From Scenedesmus sp. PABB004 (lineage: Eukaryota), in NCBI GenBank assembly GCA_014905635.1, contig JABVCE010000034.1, positions 248,001-312,000 on the forward strand: a stretch of DNA of 64,000 nt, written 5' to 3'. A program made the position numbers and the translations under genes. This document shows positions 10,240-24,483 of the stretch, piece after piece (within the stretch, counting starts at the first letter, position 1; each line of letters starts with the position of its first letter). A model generated the notes under the pieces. That model was not told the DNA's origin, did not search any database, and was given only the letters and a program-made list of their open reading frames with translations.

Positions 10240-13200
10240 ACCACGCGCCCAGGTGTGCAAGACGTTCTGGGACGTGCGCAAGGGGCTCATCCCCATCGTC
10301 GGCGCCGCGCGCGAGCCGGGGACGAGCATGCTGATTGAGGACGTGGCCTGCCCCGTGGACAAGCTGGCAGACATGATGATCGACCTCGTGGACATGTTCC
10401 AGGTGCGCGTGTGTGTGTGGGTGTGCGGGTGGGCGGGCCAGAACAGCCCTGACGCCCGCCCGAGCCGCGCCGCGCGCGGGGCCCGGCGGCGGCGGCGCGC
10501 GGCGGCGCGCGCCCCCGGCCGGCGCCCCCCCCCCCCCCTCTCTGACCCCCGCCGCCCCCGCGCCCCCGGCCGCGCCCGTGCGCCAGCGCTACAACTACCA
10601 CGACGCGAGCTGCTTCGGCCACGCGCTCGAGGGCAACCTCCACCTCGTCTTCTCGCAGGCGCGCGGCGCACGCGGCGCCCACGCGGCGGCACGCGGCGGC
10701 CGCGCCCCCGCTGTGCCCGACCCCCTCCTGCACCCTCCCTGACCGCCCCGTCCCTAAACGCCCCCCTCCCTAAACCCTCCCCTAAACCCTCCCCTCAACC
10801 CTCCCCTCTACTGCCCCCCCCCCCCCCGCAGGGCTTCCGCACCAAGGAGGAGGTTCAGCGCTTCAGCGACGTGATGGAGGAGATGTGCCACATCGTGGCG
10901 ACCAAGCACAGCGGCAGCCTCAAGGGCGAGCACGGCACGGGGCGCAACGTCGCGCCGTTTGTGGAGATGGAGTGGGGCACCAAGGCGTACGAGCTCATGT
11001 GGGAGCTCAAGGCGCTGTTTGACCCGGGGCACGTGCTCAACCCGAGCGTCATCCTCAACAGGCGCGCGGCGGGGGCGCGGCGGTGTTTTGTGTGTGTGTG
11101 TGGGGAGGGGGGCACGGGGCGGGCGGCACGGGCCGCCCAGGTGCAGGCAGGGAGCGTGGCGCGCGGCACCGCGGCGGCGCGAGCGCCCGGTCCCCCTCCC
11201 CCCCGCCCCCGCAGGGACCCCGACGCGCACAAGAAGTTCCTCAAGCCCAGCCCCCTCGCGAGCGAGCTGGTGGACCGCTGCATCGAGTGCGGGTTCTGCG
11301 AGTCCAACTGCCCCAGCCGCGACATCACGCTCACGCCCAGGCGCGCGCAGCACGCGCAGCACGCGGCCGCGGCAGCACGGCGCGCACACAGCTCCCCCTC
11401 CTTCCCTGGGGGCCCTGCCGCGCCCGCGCCGCGCCCCCCCCCCCTCCCTCTTCACCCGCGCACGCCCCTCCTTACCCCGCCACACTCACCCCCCCCCCCC
11501 ACACACACACACAGGCAGCGCATCGCGAGCTACAAGGAGATCATGCGCCTCCGCGGCCTGCCCGCGCGCAGCGCCGAGCAGGAGGCGCGCCTCGCGGCGT
11601 TTGAGGGCGCGTACGCCTACGACGGCAACGCGACCTGCGCCGCAGACGGCATGTGCCAGGAGAAGTGCCCCGTCAAGATCAACACAGGCGCGCGCGCGCG
11701 GCGCGAGCGCCGGGGCGCCGGGGCGGGGCGGCGGCGGCTGCGGCGCCGCGCGCGCGGCGCGGGCGCTGGTGGCCGTGCCGCCTTGCCGCTCATGCGCCGC
11801 ACTGCCCGCCGCCGCACCACCACTGCCACCACCACCGCCGCCGCTATGACAGGCGAGATGATCAAGGCGCTGCGCACGCAGGAGATGGCCGACGCGCCGC
11901 GCGCCAACCGCCTTGCCGGCTGGGTGGCTGACAACTTTTCGCTGCTCAACGCCGCCATGCCGCGCGTGCTCAACGCCGTCGACCTCGCGCACAGGGTGAG
12001 CGCGGCGCGCCGCAGAGGCGGACGCGGGCGCGGCAGCCGTGGTGGCGCGGTGCCGCGCCGCCGCCCGCGCGCCGCGTGCGCGCCGCGCTCGCGCCGCGCG
12101 CGCGCCGCCCACGCGCTGCACGCCGCCGCCGCGCCGCGCCAGGTGGTGGGCCCCAAGCCGCTGGAGGTCGTGTCGCGCTGGCTCAACGCCGCGACGGGCC
12201 ACTTTGTGCCGGTGTGGAACCCCTACATGCCCCGCGGCGCGGCGCCCGTGGTGGCGCCGCCGCCGCCGGCGGTGTCGGCCGAGGGGCGTGGCGTGCCGCG
12301 CAAGGTCGTGTACCTGCCCTCGTGCGTGACGCGCATGATGGGCCCCTCGGGCAGCGACAGCGAGACCGCGAGCGTGCACGAGAAGCTGATGAGCCTCTTC
12401 GCCAAGGCCGGCTACGAGGCGCGCGCCGCGCAGCGCGCGCACGCCCACGCGCGCCGCGGCCAGCCCGCCCGCCCGCGTGCCGCCGCCCGCGCGCTCAGCA
12501 GCAGCCCTCCTAAACCCTGCCGCCCGCGCGCCGCGCGCCGCGCGCCGCGCGCCAGGTGGTGCTGCCGGCCGAGCTGTCGTCGCAGTGCTGCGGCATGATG
12601 TTCAACTCGCGCGGCCTCAAGGACGCCGCCGCGGCCAAGGGCGCGGCGCTCGAGGCGGCGCTGCTGTCGGCGAGCGAGGGCGGCAAGCTGCCGATCGTGT
12701 GCGACACGAGCCCCTGCCTCTCCCAGATCAAGGCCGGCATCAGCGACCCCGCGCTGCGCTTCAGCCTGTACGAGCCGGTCGAGTTCATCCGCCACTTCCT
12801 CGTCGACAAGCTCGAGTTCACAAAGGCGCGTGCGCGGCGCGCGCGCATGCACGGCACAGCGCGCGCGGCGCAGCACGCCGCGCGCATCACGCCGCTCGCG
12901 CCGCCCCGCGCGCGCCGCCCCGCTCACGCCGCACCCCCCCCCCCCCCCCCGGCCCCCCCGCGCCGCCGCGCACAGGTGCGCGAGAGCGTCGCGATCCACG
13001 TGCCCTGCAGCAGCAAGAAGATGGGCATTGAGGACGCGTTTGCCAAGCTCGCCGGCCTCTGCGCGGACGAGGTCGTGCCGAGCGGCATCCCCTGCTGCGG
13101 CATGGCGGGCGACCGCGGCATGCGCTACACCGAGCTCACCGGCGCGAGCCTGCAGCACCTCAACCTCCCGCCCGGCTGCGCCGACGGGTACAGCACGTCG

Positions 13201-13323
13201 CGCACGTGCGAGATGAGCCTGAGCAACCACAGCGGCATCAACTTCAGGGGCCTCGTCTACCTCATCGACGAGGCCACGCGCCCAAAGGCACCCGCGCCCA
13301 CGGCGGCGCCCGCGCAGGCCTGA
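6782..13323 (+). CDS. GYD1: Mitochondrial glycolate/D-lactate dehydrogenase (FAD-binding PCMH + FAD-oxidase C + 4Fe-4S + CCG domains); 20 exons
   Basis: Arg-rich presequence MVRGSSSKASARHLARLAR; DPVRTFAYGTDASFYRLNPK; GPDPSSIDSCMIGGVVANNSSGMCCG; GSEGTLGFV; GHALEGNLH; KGEHGTGRN; CIECGFCESNCP; CAADGMCQEKCP; CCGMMF; CCGMAGDRG. Colinear with Chlamydomonas GYD1 as recalled; all 19 introns join in phase. Confidence 0.95.
9076..9137 (+). repeat. Degenerate 10-bp tandem repeat (TCCTCACTCT-like) in GYD1 intron 7
   Basis: cactcctcac tcttcctcac tcatcctcac tcttcctcac ttgtcctcac tcctcac. Confidence 0.85.
9614..9667 (+). repeat. (CGCGCC/GCGCCC)n hexamer microsatellite in GYD1 intron 9
   Basis: About 8 tandem copies of gcgccc read directly. 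Confidence 0.85.
10752..10802 (+). repeat. Telomere-like CCCTAAACCCT units in GYD1 intron 13
   Basis: ccctaaac...ccctaaaccct cccctaaaccct cccctcaaccct. Confidence 0.6.
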
Positions 13324-13650
13324 GCAGCGCGCGCGGCGGCGGCGCCGGCCCGGCACGGGCGTGGGTTGGTTGTTGTGTCGACTTGGTCCGCGGCGCGGCT
13401 CGGGCAGCCGCGGGCGCGCAGCAGCGGCAGCAGGCGGGGCGGCGGCAGGCACTGTCGTTGCTGCAGGCGGGCACGGGCAGCGAGTGGGTTGCGTGCGCGC
13501 GTCGCACACGAGCTTGACCTCCTCTCTCTTCCCTGAATGAACGCGGGCCGCAGGGTGGCGGCGGCGCGCCGATATTGCGCGCGCGCCGCACGACGCACGC
13601 GCGCGGGTGTGCGTCCCACTCGTAACTCTGCGTAGCGGTACGCTACACGC

Positions 13651-13833
13651 TCACGCCCCGGCGCCGCCTCGCCGCTGCTGCGCCGGCGCGCCGCCGCTGC
13701 CATCCGGGTCATCCAGCAGCAGCGCGGCCAGCGGCTCCGTGGCCTCGCAGAGCTGCATCGCCAGCTTCGGCTGCGCGCCCGCCGGCGCGAGGCCGCAGCT
13801 GCCCTGCCGAGCGCGCGGCAACTCCAGCGGTCG

Positions 13834-13873
<40 letters not shown>

Positions 13874-15110
13874 GCCCAGCTGGCCGCCGCGGCGGACGCC
13901 TGCTGCGGCGTGCCAGCGCCCGCGTCGGCGCCCGGCGGCGGCGGCGGCGCCGGCAGCTGCGACTTGATCTGCTGCGCCAGCACTGCGAGGCCGCCCAACA
14001 GGCTCTGCCCCGCGGCTGCTGCCGCGGCCGCGACGCCCGTCAGCTCCGCGGCGCTCGCGCTGCGCTGGTGCGAGCCAAGCCCTCGCCTCTCGCCGCCGCC
14101 GCCGCCCACGGGCATGGAGTGCTGCGCCAGGGCCGCCGGGCCGGGCCCGCCGCCTGCCCGCGCGCGCGCTTGCTGCGCCGCCGCCAGGCGCTCCGCGAGC
14201 TGCTGCTGCTGCTGGCTGGCGGCCGCCACCGTGCGCGCCAGGCCCGCGCGCAGCGCGCTCAGCGACTCGCCCGTGACGCGGCTCAGCTCGGTGCTTATGT
14301 CTTGCACCTGCGCGGCGCGCCGGCAGCCGTGGCGTGGCGTGGCGTGGGCTGCCGCGTGGCAGCGTGGCGCGCGGCGCGGCGCCGCGCCGGCAGGCTCCGG
14401 GTCGCACCGTGCGGACCGTCTCCTGCGTCGCCGCGACGGTGGCGGCCGCGCCGCTGGCAAAGCGGTTGAGCCAGCCGGGCACCGGCGCGACCTCCAGCGC
14501 GCGCGCCATCGCTTCGCAAAAGTGGCAGCAGTTTCGCGTCAGCAGGTCGTAGCTGGAGCCTGCGGCGCGGGCGTGGCGCGGGCGGCGGCTGCGGCGGACG
14601 CGCGGCGCGCGACGGGGCGCTGGCGCCCCCTGCTGCGTGCTGCGCGCCGCACCTGGCCAGTCGGCCTTGAGCTGCTGCACGATCTCCTTGACCTGCGGCA
14701 TGGTCTTGGGCGTGTGCCCGAGCGAGAGCGTCTCACGGTAGACATACAGCGGGTTGGCGCACGCTGCAGCGCCGCGGGCGGCGCGGCGCGGCGGCCGGCG
14801 ACGCCAGTCAGCACGGCGCGGCCCGCCTGGCGCTGGGCCCCTGCCAGGCCTTGCGGGAAGCAGCAGCTGCAGCTGCCGCACCGTGGACGGCGTACACGCC
14901 GGTGCCGCGCTCGCACCAGCCGAACGAGAGCTCGACCGGCGTGCCGCCGCCGCCGCCGACCTGTATCGCTCCGTGGAAGACGCCGCCGCCGATGCGCCGG
15001 GTGATGTTGTTGAGCCGGCTGATGCGGCTGTCACCGGGCGTCGCGACCACGTCGTATACGTGGAGTAGCACCTCGCCGGCGCCCGCCGGCGCCGCCGGCG
15101 CAGCGGCCAT
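13651..15110 (-). CDS. PPPDE/DeSI-family peptidase (deSUMOylase/deubiquitinase-like) with Q-rich C-terminal extension; 4 exons
   Basis: VLLHVYD...GGVFHGAIQV...ELSFG...YVYRETLSLGHT...WPGSSYDLLTRNCCHFC...VPGWLNRFA; catalytic His and NC Cys present. Confidence 0.9.
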
Positions 15111-15412
15111 CCGCTGCTGCGTCTGCGCGCTGGGGCCAAGCGGCTGGTGCGCGTGCTAAGCGGTCGGTCGGAGCGAGCCCGGGAGGGACCAAAGCCAAAG
15201 CTGCGAGACTGCCGGGCGCGTGCGGCAGCTGCGCGCGAGCAGCGGCGGCGTCGGTTGGACTCGCGGCGGTCCGCCACACCGCGCAGGCCGTGCGTGTCGC
15301 AGCACGGCTCCGTGACTGGCTGTGCCGACGGCGGCCAGCACGCCCGCCGCGCGCGCACGCTGTGGCCCTGAACCACGCGGCTGCGGCGCGCGGCCGGGAG
15401 CGAGGCGGCTGC

Positions 15413-16786
<1,374 letters not shown>

Positions 16787-17315
16787 TCATGTGACAGGAC
16801 TCCCGGCGGCATGCGCCCACGCCGCCGGCCGCGCCGCGTGGTGGAAAAGAGCCGCGCGCCTTCGGCTTTGCATCATCGTACTGTACAGCCGCCAAGGACG
16901 CCACAACAGGCGGCTGTGGCGCCGACGCGCACGCCCGACAATCCCACGCCGGAGGTGAGTACAAAAACAGAGGCGCGCGCCGGCAACACCGGCGCGGCCC
17001 CCAAAACTCGCTGGTCGCCCTCGCCGCCGCCGCGTGGCGCGGGGTCTCGCGGCCCGCCGGGCGCGCGACCCGACGCTCTGCGAGACCCCGCGCCGCGCGG
17101 CGGCGGCCGGTGCGGTGATGCAGCGGTCGCCTCAAAATCAACGCGCCGCGCAGCGCGGCCGCAACGTCAGGGATGCCCCCCCCCCCCCTCCCCCGCCCAC
17201 GCACCACCACCACCACCCTGCGCACGCGGCGGCAGCGGCGGGAACACAGATCCCTCCGCCGCGCCGCCGGCCGCGCCGCCGCCCGGCGCGCGCGCGCGCG
17301 CGCTGCCCCCTCCTC

Positions 17316-18300
17316 CTACTCGTTGTAGGAGCACTCTGCGGGCGCCTGCAGGAACTCGTCGGGGTCGTCGCCGCCGCCAAAGACCCTCAGAAGGGGGCCA
17401 GGTGCTGCGAGGCCATGGCGAGCATGGCCAGCGCGAGCGCGGCGGCGGCGGCGGGCGGCGGCGGCGTGGGGCCGGTGATGGCATGTTCGCGGGGGCGCGC
17501 GCCGCGCCGCCCCGCTGGCGGCGGCGGCGGGCGGCGGCGGCGGCGGGCGCGCGTGTGGGTCCGGCTGCGGCCGCTGGCGCCGCGCCGCGCGCGCGCGCGC
17601 GCGGCGCGCACCCGTGGCCCCAAAGTCGGCGCCGAGCTGCTCCTCGAGCTTGGCGACGGTGTCGTAGTAACTCGCCATGCGGCCGCCGTCCACGCCGAAC
17701 ACGCTGTAGCACTGCTGCCGCTCGCTGGGGTCGGGGATGAGCGAGCACACCTGCGCGGCGGCGGCGGCGGCGGCAGCGCGTCGGCAGCGGCGCCCAGCGG
17801 GCGTGGCCGCCGCGCGCCATGCGGAGGGCCGGATCGGCGTCCCCGGGGCGCGCCGCACCTCGTGGGCGTCCCTGCGGCCGCGGCGGGGCGGTGCGGGCCG
17901 CGGGGGAGCCGTGAGCGGGCGGGAGGAGGCCCCTGATTGGCGCTTCCGGGCGCCGCGCCCGGGCGCCGCATGGCGCGCCCCGCGCGGCTCCAGCCCCGCC
18001 ATCCTGCCGGTCGGCTGTGGGGCTGCCGGCACGACCGAAGCGAATCGGGCCGGTTGCGGAGTGGCGCCCCCGGCATCGCGCCCCGCGCCCGGCCAGGCGC
18101 GTGACCGCCCGGGCTCCCGCCCACGCCCAGCGCGCCCCACGGCCTCACCGCACGTCCTCGAAGCTCAGGTTGGGCGTGCCGCGCCGGCCCTCGAGCGAGA
18201 AGAGCGGCCGCTCGCCCCCGACGGGCCGCTCGCCCGACGCGCGCGCCCGGACGCGCCCCCGGACGGCCCCCAGCCCGACGCCGGGGCGTGCGCAGAGCAT
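17316..18300 (-). CDS. Small (~130 aa) hypothetical protein, possibly plastid-targeted; includes a 13-nt microexon (17859-17871)
   Basis: MLCARPGVGLGAVRGRVRARAS...NLSFEDVR|DAHE|VCSLIPDPSERQQCYSVFGVDGGRMASYYDTVAKLEEQLG...|PGPLLRVFGGGDDPDEFLQAPAECSYNE*; GT-AG sites join in phase; TTACA (TGTAA on -) at 16767-16771 downstream. Confidence 0.55.
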
Positions 18301-18652
18301 CGGGCCGGCGCGCGAGCTGCTGCCGGTGCGCGGTGTCGGAGCGCTCAGGCGAGCGCGGGCGGGCGCGGGGGCGCCTGATCCGGGGTCTGTTGGTCGGGCA
18401 GCAGGCGCCGGGAGTGGGCGGGCGGCCCCATGCGCGCGCACACGGCTGCGGCGCGCGTCGTCGCTGCCGCCGGAACACGCTGCGCCGCGTCACGGGTCCC
18501 ACAGCACAGCCGCGTGTCGAGACACTACTGATACATTGCGCCGTTCGGCGCGCCGCCCGTGATCCGCCGCTGCCCTGTACAGCCGCCGTGGCTCGCCGGT
18601 GCCGAGGCCGCCCCCGCCGCCCGCGCGCAGTCCTCCGGCACGCCGCGCCGGC

Positions 18653-19843
18653 TCAGCCCCTGCCCCTGCCGCGGAAGCCGCCGCGGCCGCCAAAGCCGCC
18701 GCCGCCGCCGCGCCCGCCAAAGCCGCCGCCGCGGCCGCCGCCAAAGCCGCCGCCGCGGCCGCCGCCGAAGCCGCCCCGGCCGCCGCCGCGGCCGCCAAAG
18801 CCGCCCCGGCCGCCAAAGCCGCCCCGGCCGCCGCCTGCGGGCGCGCGCGCGCGGCGTGAGCGCGGCGCACGGGCGCGGGCGCGGCGCGCAGCGCGCAGGC
18901 GCGAGCGCGGGCGCCGCGCAAGGCGCGCGGCGCGGCCGCACCTCTGCCGCCAAAGCCGCCGCGCCCGCCACGCCCGCCCGCGGCGCCGCCGCGCGGCGTG
19001 GCGCCCTTGGGCTGCGGCAGGAAGCGCTCGAGCGGCAGCAGCTTGGCGGGGTCGATGAAGAACTTGTCGCCGCCCTTGTAGCTCGTCGCGACGATGCCCT
19101 CGCTCATCTTGACCGTGAAGTACTGGGGAGGGAGGTGGAGGGAGGGAGGTCGCAGAGGGCGGGGCGCGCGGGCGGGTCGGTGCTGGCAGCCAGCCAGGAG
19201 GGCGCAGGCACCGCGGCGCACGGCGCAGGGGACCAGCCCCCCGACCCGTGCGGGTCGGGGGGCCGGTCCGCGCCGCTGCCGGCGGCGCCGGCCCACAGCT
19301 GCCGCGACGCCGCGCGGCGGCGCCCGGCTGCCGCCTGGCCCCCTGCTTGCCGCCGGCGACCGCACGCGGCCCGGGCCGCGGCGCAGCCGGCGCACGGCCG
19401 CCAGGCGCGGCGTGCACGCGCGCGGCGCCGCGCACCACGTTGTTCACGGACCCCAGGATCTCCTCGACCTTGCCGATCTGCGTCTTGTTCTCCAGGAAGA
19501 TGGGCGCGTTGAAGTAGGGGATCTGCGCGCGCGCCGCGCCGCGCCCGGCCGACCGGCCGTCGGCGCGCGCTCCTGCCGCCGCCGCCGCCGCTGCTGCCGC
19601 CGCTGCCGCGGCGCGGGCGCGGCGGCGCGGCGGGCGCACCTTCTCGTTGGTGAGCTTGCACACGGCCTCGCCCTCGCAGGGGTGGCTGAAGTCGCCCGCC
19701 TCCACCACCGACTCCGGCGGCCCCTGGTCCTGCCAGCCCCGGCCGCCGCCCCCGAAGCGCCCACCGCCGCGACCACCGCCACCGAAGCGCCCGCCGCCCC
19801 GGTCGCCCCGGCCGAAGCCGCCGCGCCCGCGCGGGGGCCTCAT
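18653..19843 (-). CDS. GAR1: H/ACA ribonucleoprotein subunit GAR1; 4 exons
   Basis: RGG-rich termini around the core [52 protein letters not shown]...[16 protein letters not shown]. Confidence 0.97.
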   Translation of the reverse strand: MRPPRGRGGFGRGDRGGGRFGGGGRGGGRFGGGGRGWQDQGPPESVVEAGDFSHPCEGEAVCKLTNEKVRPPRRRARAAAAAAAAAAAAAGARADGRSAGRGAARAQIPYFNAPIFLENKTQIGKVEEILGSVNNVVRGAARVHAAPGGRAPAAPRPGPRAVAGGKQGARRQPGAAARRRGSCGPAPPAAARTGPPTRTGRGAGPLRRAPRCLRPPGWLPAPTRPRAPPSATSLPPPPSPVLHGQDERGHRRDELQGRRQVLHRPRQAAAARALPAAAQGRHAARRRRGRAWRARRLWRQRCGRAARLARRPRSRLRAARRARARAPRSRRARAPAGGGRGGFGGRGGFGGRGGGRGGFGGGRGGGFGGGRGGGFGGRGGGGGFGGRGGFRGRGRG

Positions 19844-20302
19844 CGCCGCTGCCGCCGCCTGCGTGCCGCGAGGGGCCTGCGCGAGCGAGTACCGCCTACG
19901 GACAGCTCCCAACCAGCGCTCAGGCGAGGGCGCGCGAGCCGCGGTGCGGCCGCTGGGCGACGGGAGCAGCAGCAATCTGGCGAGTGCGGCTGCGCCGACC
20001 TGGGACGCTGCGTTGGGTCGCGGGCTGGCCCCGACGCACTTCACGCACGTCCGATCACAGCGCGACCTCGCCGCCACTGCGCGAGGAGCGGCGCGAGCGC
20101 GGGCAGCCAAAAACCCAGGCGCGGCGGCCGCTGCAGCGCCGGCGCGCCAGCGCGGCGGCCAGAGCCGGCGGTCACCCCGCGGCCTCCCCCGCCGCCGTGC
20201 ACCCCAGGCGCCTGCCGCGCCGCGCCGCGCCGCGCCGCGCCCGCCGCGCGCCGGGGCCCTGCTGACCGCGCCGCCGCCCCGCCCGCCCGCCGCGGGTCGG
20301 TG

Positions 20303-21825
<1,523 letters not shown>

Positions 21826-22357
21826 GGCTGACGCCGCTGTGCGCCGCCGCCTCGCGCCCGCAGCAACCGCCGGGAGCGGCGCCGCCGCTGCGCTGCAACC
21901 GCTCGCGCCGCGCCGCGCGCGCCGCGGGTCGAGTCTCGCGAGCCGCGGGGCGAGGGGGCGTAGCGGTGTCCGGGCGCGCCCTGGCGGCGAGGGCGGGCTG
22001 TGGCGGGCTGTGGCGGGCGCGGGAGGGGCGCCTGATGATGGGTGGGCCGCCCTGTCGCACGGGGGCGCGGGGCGCGGCTGGAGCGATGTTTGGTGCACTG
22101 ACGGCGTCGCGGGGGCGGCTCTGGGGGCGCGTACGCGCGCGGGGGGCGGGCGTACGCGACGCGAGAGGCATGACCTGAGGGCGCGGTGCTGCTGAGCCCC
22201 GGCCCCCCAGCTCCAGCGTGGCGGGCCAGGCAGGTGGTTACGAGGCAGCCGGCGATCGCTGCCGCAACCGCATCCGCCGCCGCCGCGCCCGGCGCGCGCG
22301 CGCGGGCCGCCGCCCGCCGCCGCCGGCCGCGCGGCGCGCGCCGCTGCCGGGCCCGCG

Positions 22358-24483
22358 TCACCCCGCCTTGCCGCCCTCGTCCGCGCCGCCGCCGGCGCCG
22401 CCGCCGCCCCAGTCCTTGATGCCCATGCCGGCCGCCTCGCGGCGCAGCACGTTCTCCCAGCGCGGCGGGATCTTGATCGACCCGTCCTCTGCAACGAGGT
22501 GCGGCGCGGGCGCGAGCAGCGCTGGCAGCTCGCCGCGCGACCCCGCGGCCAGCAGCGCGGCACGGTTGGAGCCGCCGCCCGCGGCGCCGCGGCCCGCGTC
22601 GCCGTGGACGTCAAAGTCGACGCTGCGGCTGGGGTCGGTCGGGTGGAGGCGCTGCAGGTTGGTGATGAGGCGCTTGATGCCCTGCGGAGGGCGCCGCCAG
22701 CGGTGACAGCGGCGTCGGCGGCGCGCGCACGGCAGCGCGGGGGGCAGCGCGCCGCGCGGGGCCGGCCCCGCAGCGCCCGCGCCCGGCGGCGCGGCGCGGC
22801 GCGGCGCGCGCCTGGAAGAACTTTCGCGTCGCCTCGTCGTTCATGATGTGCGCCTGGCTGGACGCGTTGGTGGAGTGGCTGATCTTCTCGCGCGCGCTGC
22901 GCTCGTGGATGCCGACGCTCGTCACGCCGATGGGCCAGGGCGCGTTGCCGATGGCGAGCTTGAGGTAGACGTCGTTGGCGGCGAGGTAGTTGCGGGACAC
23001 CATGTGCTGCACCAGCATCCACAGGCCAACCTGCGCGCCGCGGCGGCGGGGGGGGGGGGGGGGGGGGGGGGGAGGCGGCTCGGCGCGGCGCGGCGGGGCG
23101 CGGACGCGCCGGAGGGCGCCGGGGCGCGTCCGCGTGGCGCGGCGCGGTGCGCCGCGACTGCGCGCGCGCGCGCGCCTTGAGCTCCTGCTGCAGGCTGCGG
23201 CGCTCGAGCCGGTCGTAGAGGGGCTCCAGGTAGGTCATGCTCTGCTTGAACACCATCGTCGCCTGGCTGCCCTTGCCGCTCGCCTTGACCTGGCGGCGCG
23301 GCGCGGCGCGGCGGGGGCGCGGCGGGGGCGCGGCGGGGGCGCGGTGGGGCGCGGCGCCGGTGCCGAGCGCCGCCGCCGCCGCCGCCGTCCGGGCCGGGCG
23401 CCGGCGCGGGAGCTCGCAGCAGCCCCCCGCCGGGCGCGCCGCACCTCCTCGCTGCGCGCGTCGAGGTCCTCCTCCCACTCCTTGCACCAGCGGCGCAGGT
23501 AGCGCGCGATGCGGTCCTCGATCGGCAGGCTCTCCTCGGCGCGCTGCGCCGCCACCCGCGCCGCGGCCTCCTGGAAGGCAGCCAGCACGTCGTCGCCGCC
23601 GGCCGCGCCGCCGGCCGCGCCGGCGCCGGCGCCGGCGCCGCCGCCAGCGCCGCCGGCCGCCGCATCGGTGCCGCCGTCGCCGGGCTTGCCGCCGCCCGCC
23701 GGCCGCGGGCCCTCGCCCGCCGCGTCGCCCGGCTTGGCGCCCCCCGGCTCGCCGGCGCCGCCGCCGCCGCCGCCGGGGGCCTTGCCCGCCTTTGCGAGCT
23801 TCTCCGCGCGCTTGAGCGCGAGCATCACGTTCTCCTGCTGCCCCCCGCGCGCCTCGTCCACGAGCGACACGTTCTTCTCCACCTTGGCCAGCCGCGCCGC
23901 GCGGGCGGGGCCGTCCTCGCCGAACAGCGTCGCCGGCTGCCCCAGCGCGCGCAGGCGGCGGATGACCTCCTCGACCGGCAGCAGCGCCGCGCCGCCGCCG
24001 CCGCGCCCGCCGCCGTCCTCCGCGGCTGCGGCGCCACGCCCGCTGCCGCCGGCCGCCGCCGCGCCCGAGCCGGCCGCTTCGCCGCCCGCGCCGCCGCCGC
24101 CGCCGGCGTCCGTCGGCGCCGCCGCGCGGCCGCCGGGGTCGGCGGCGCCGCCGAGCTTGCGCTTCTTCTCCTCCTGCGGCCGTGGCAGCGCGCGGCGGTC
24201 GCGGCAGCGGCGCGTGGCGCCCAGGTGAGGCCCGGCGGCCGCTCGGCGCTGCTGCGGCCGCGCCCGCGCGGCGGCCGGCGCGCGGCGGCCGGCGTGGCGG
24301 CAGCAGCAGCGGCGGCGCCGCCGGCGCCGCCCCCACCTTTGCGCGCCGCTCCGCCTCCTCCTCCTCGCGCAGGCGCTTCAAGCGCGCCTCCTCCAGCTCG
24401 CCCTTGCGCACATACTTCTTGTCGCCGACCAGCTCCGCCTTCTCGGCCCGTCGCTGCTGCAGCAGGCGTCGCAGGTCGTCCAT
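22358..24483 (-). CDS. PRP18: Pre-mRNA splicing factor Prp18 (PRP4-like/SFM + Prp18 domains); 5 exons
   Basis: [95 protein letters not shown]. Confidence 0.95.

Noticed and set aside
7512..12975. Introner-like transposon-derived introns
   Set aside because: Introns share only low-complexity GC motifs; no specific sequence is repeated between non-paralogous introns and no clear TIR/TSD was seen.
18653..18835. Pro/Lys-rich extensin-like ORF on the + strand
   Set aside because: It is the antisense shadow of the GAR1 RGG repeats.
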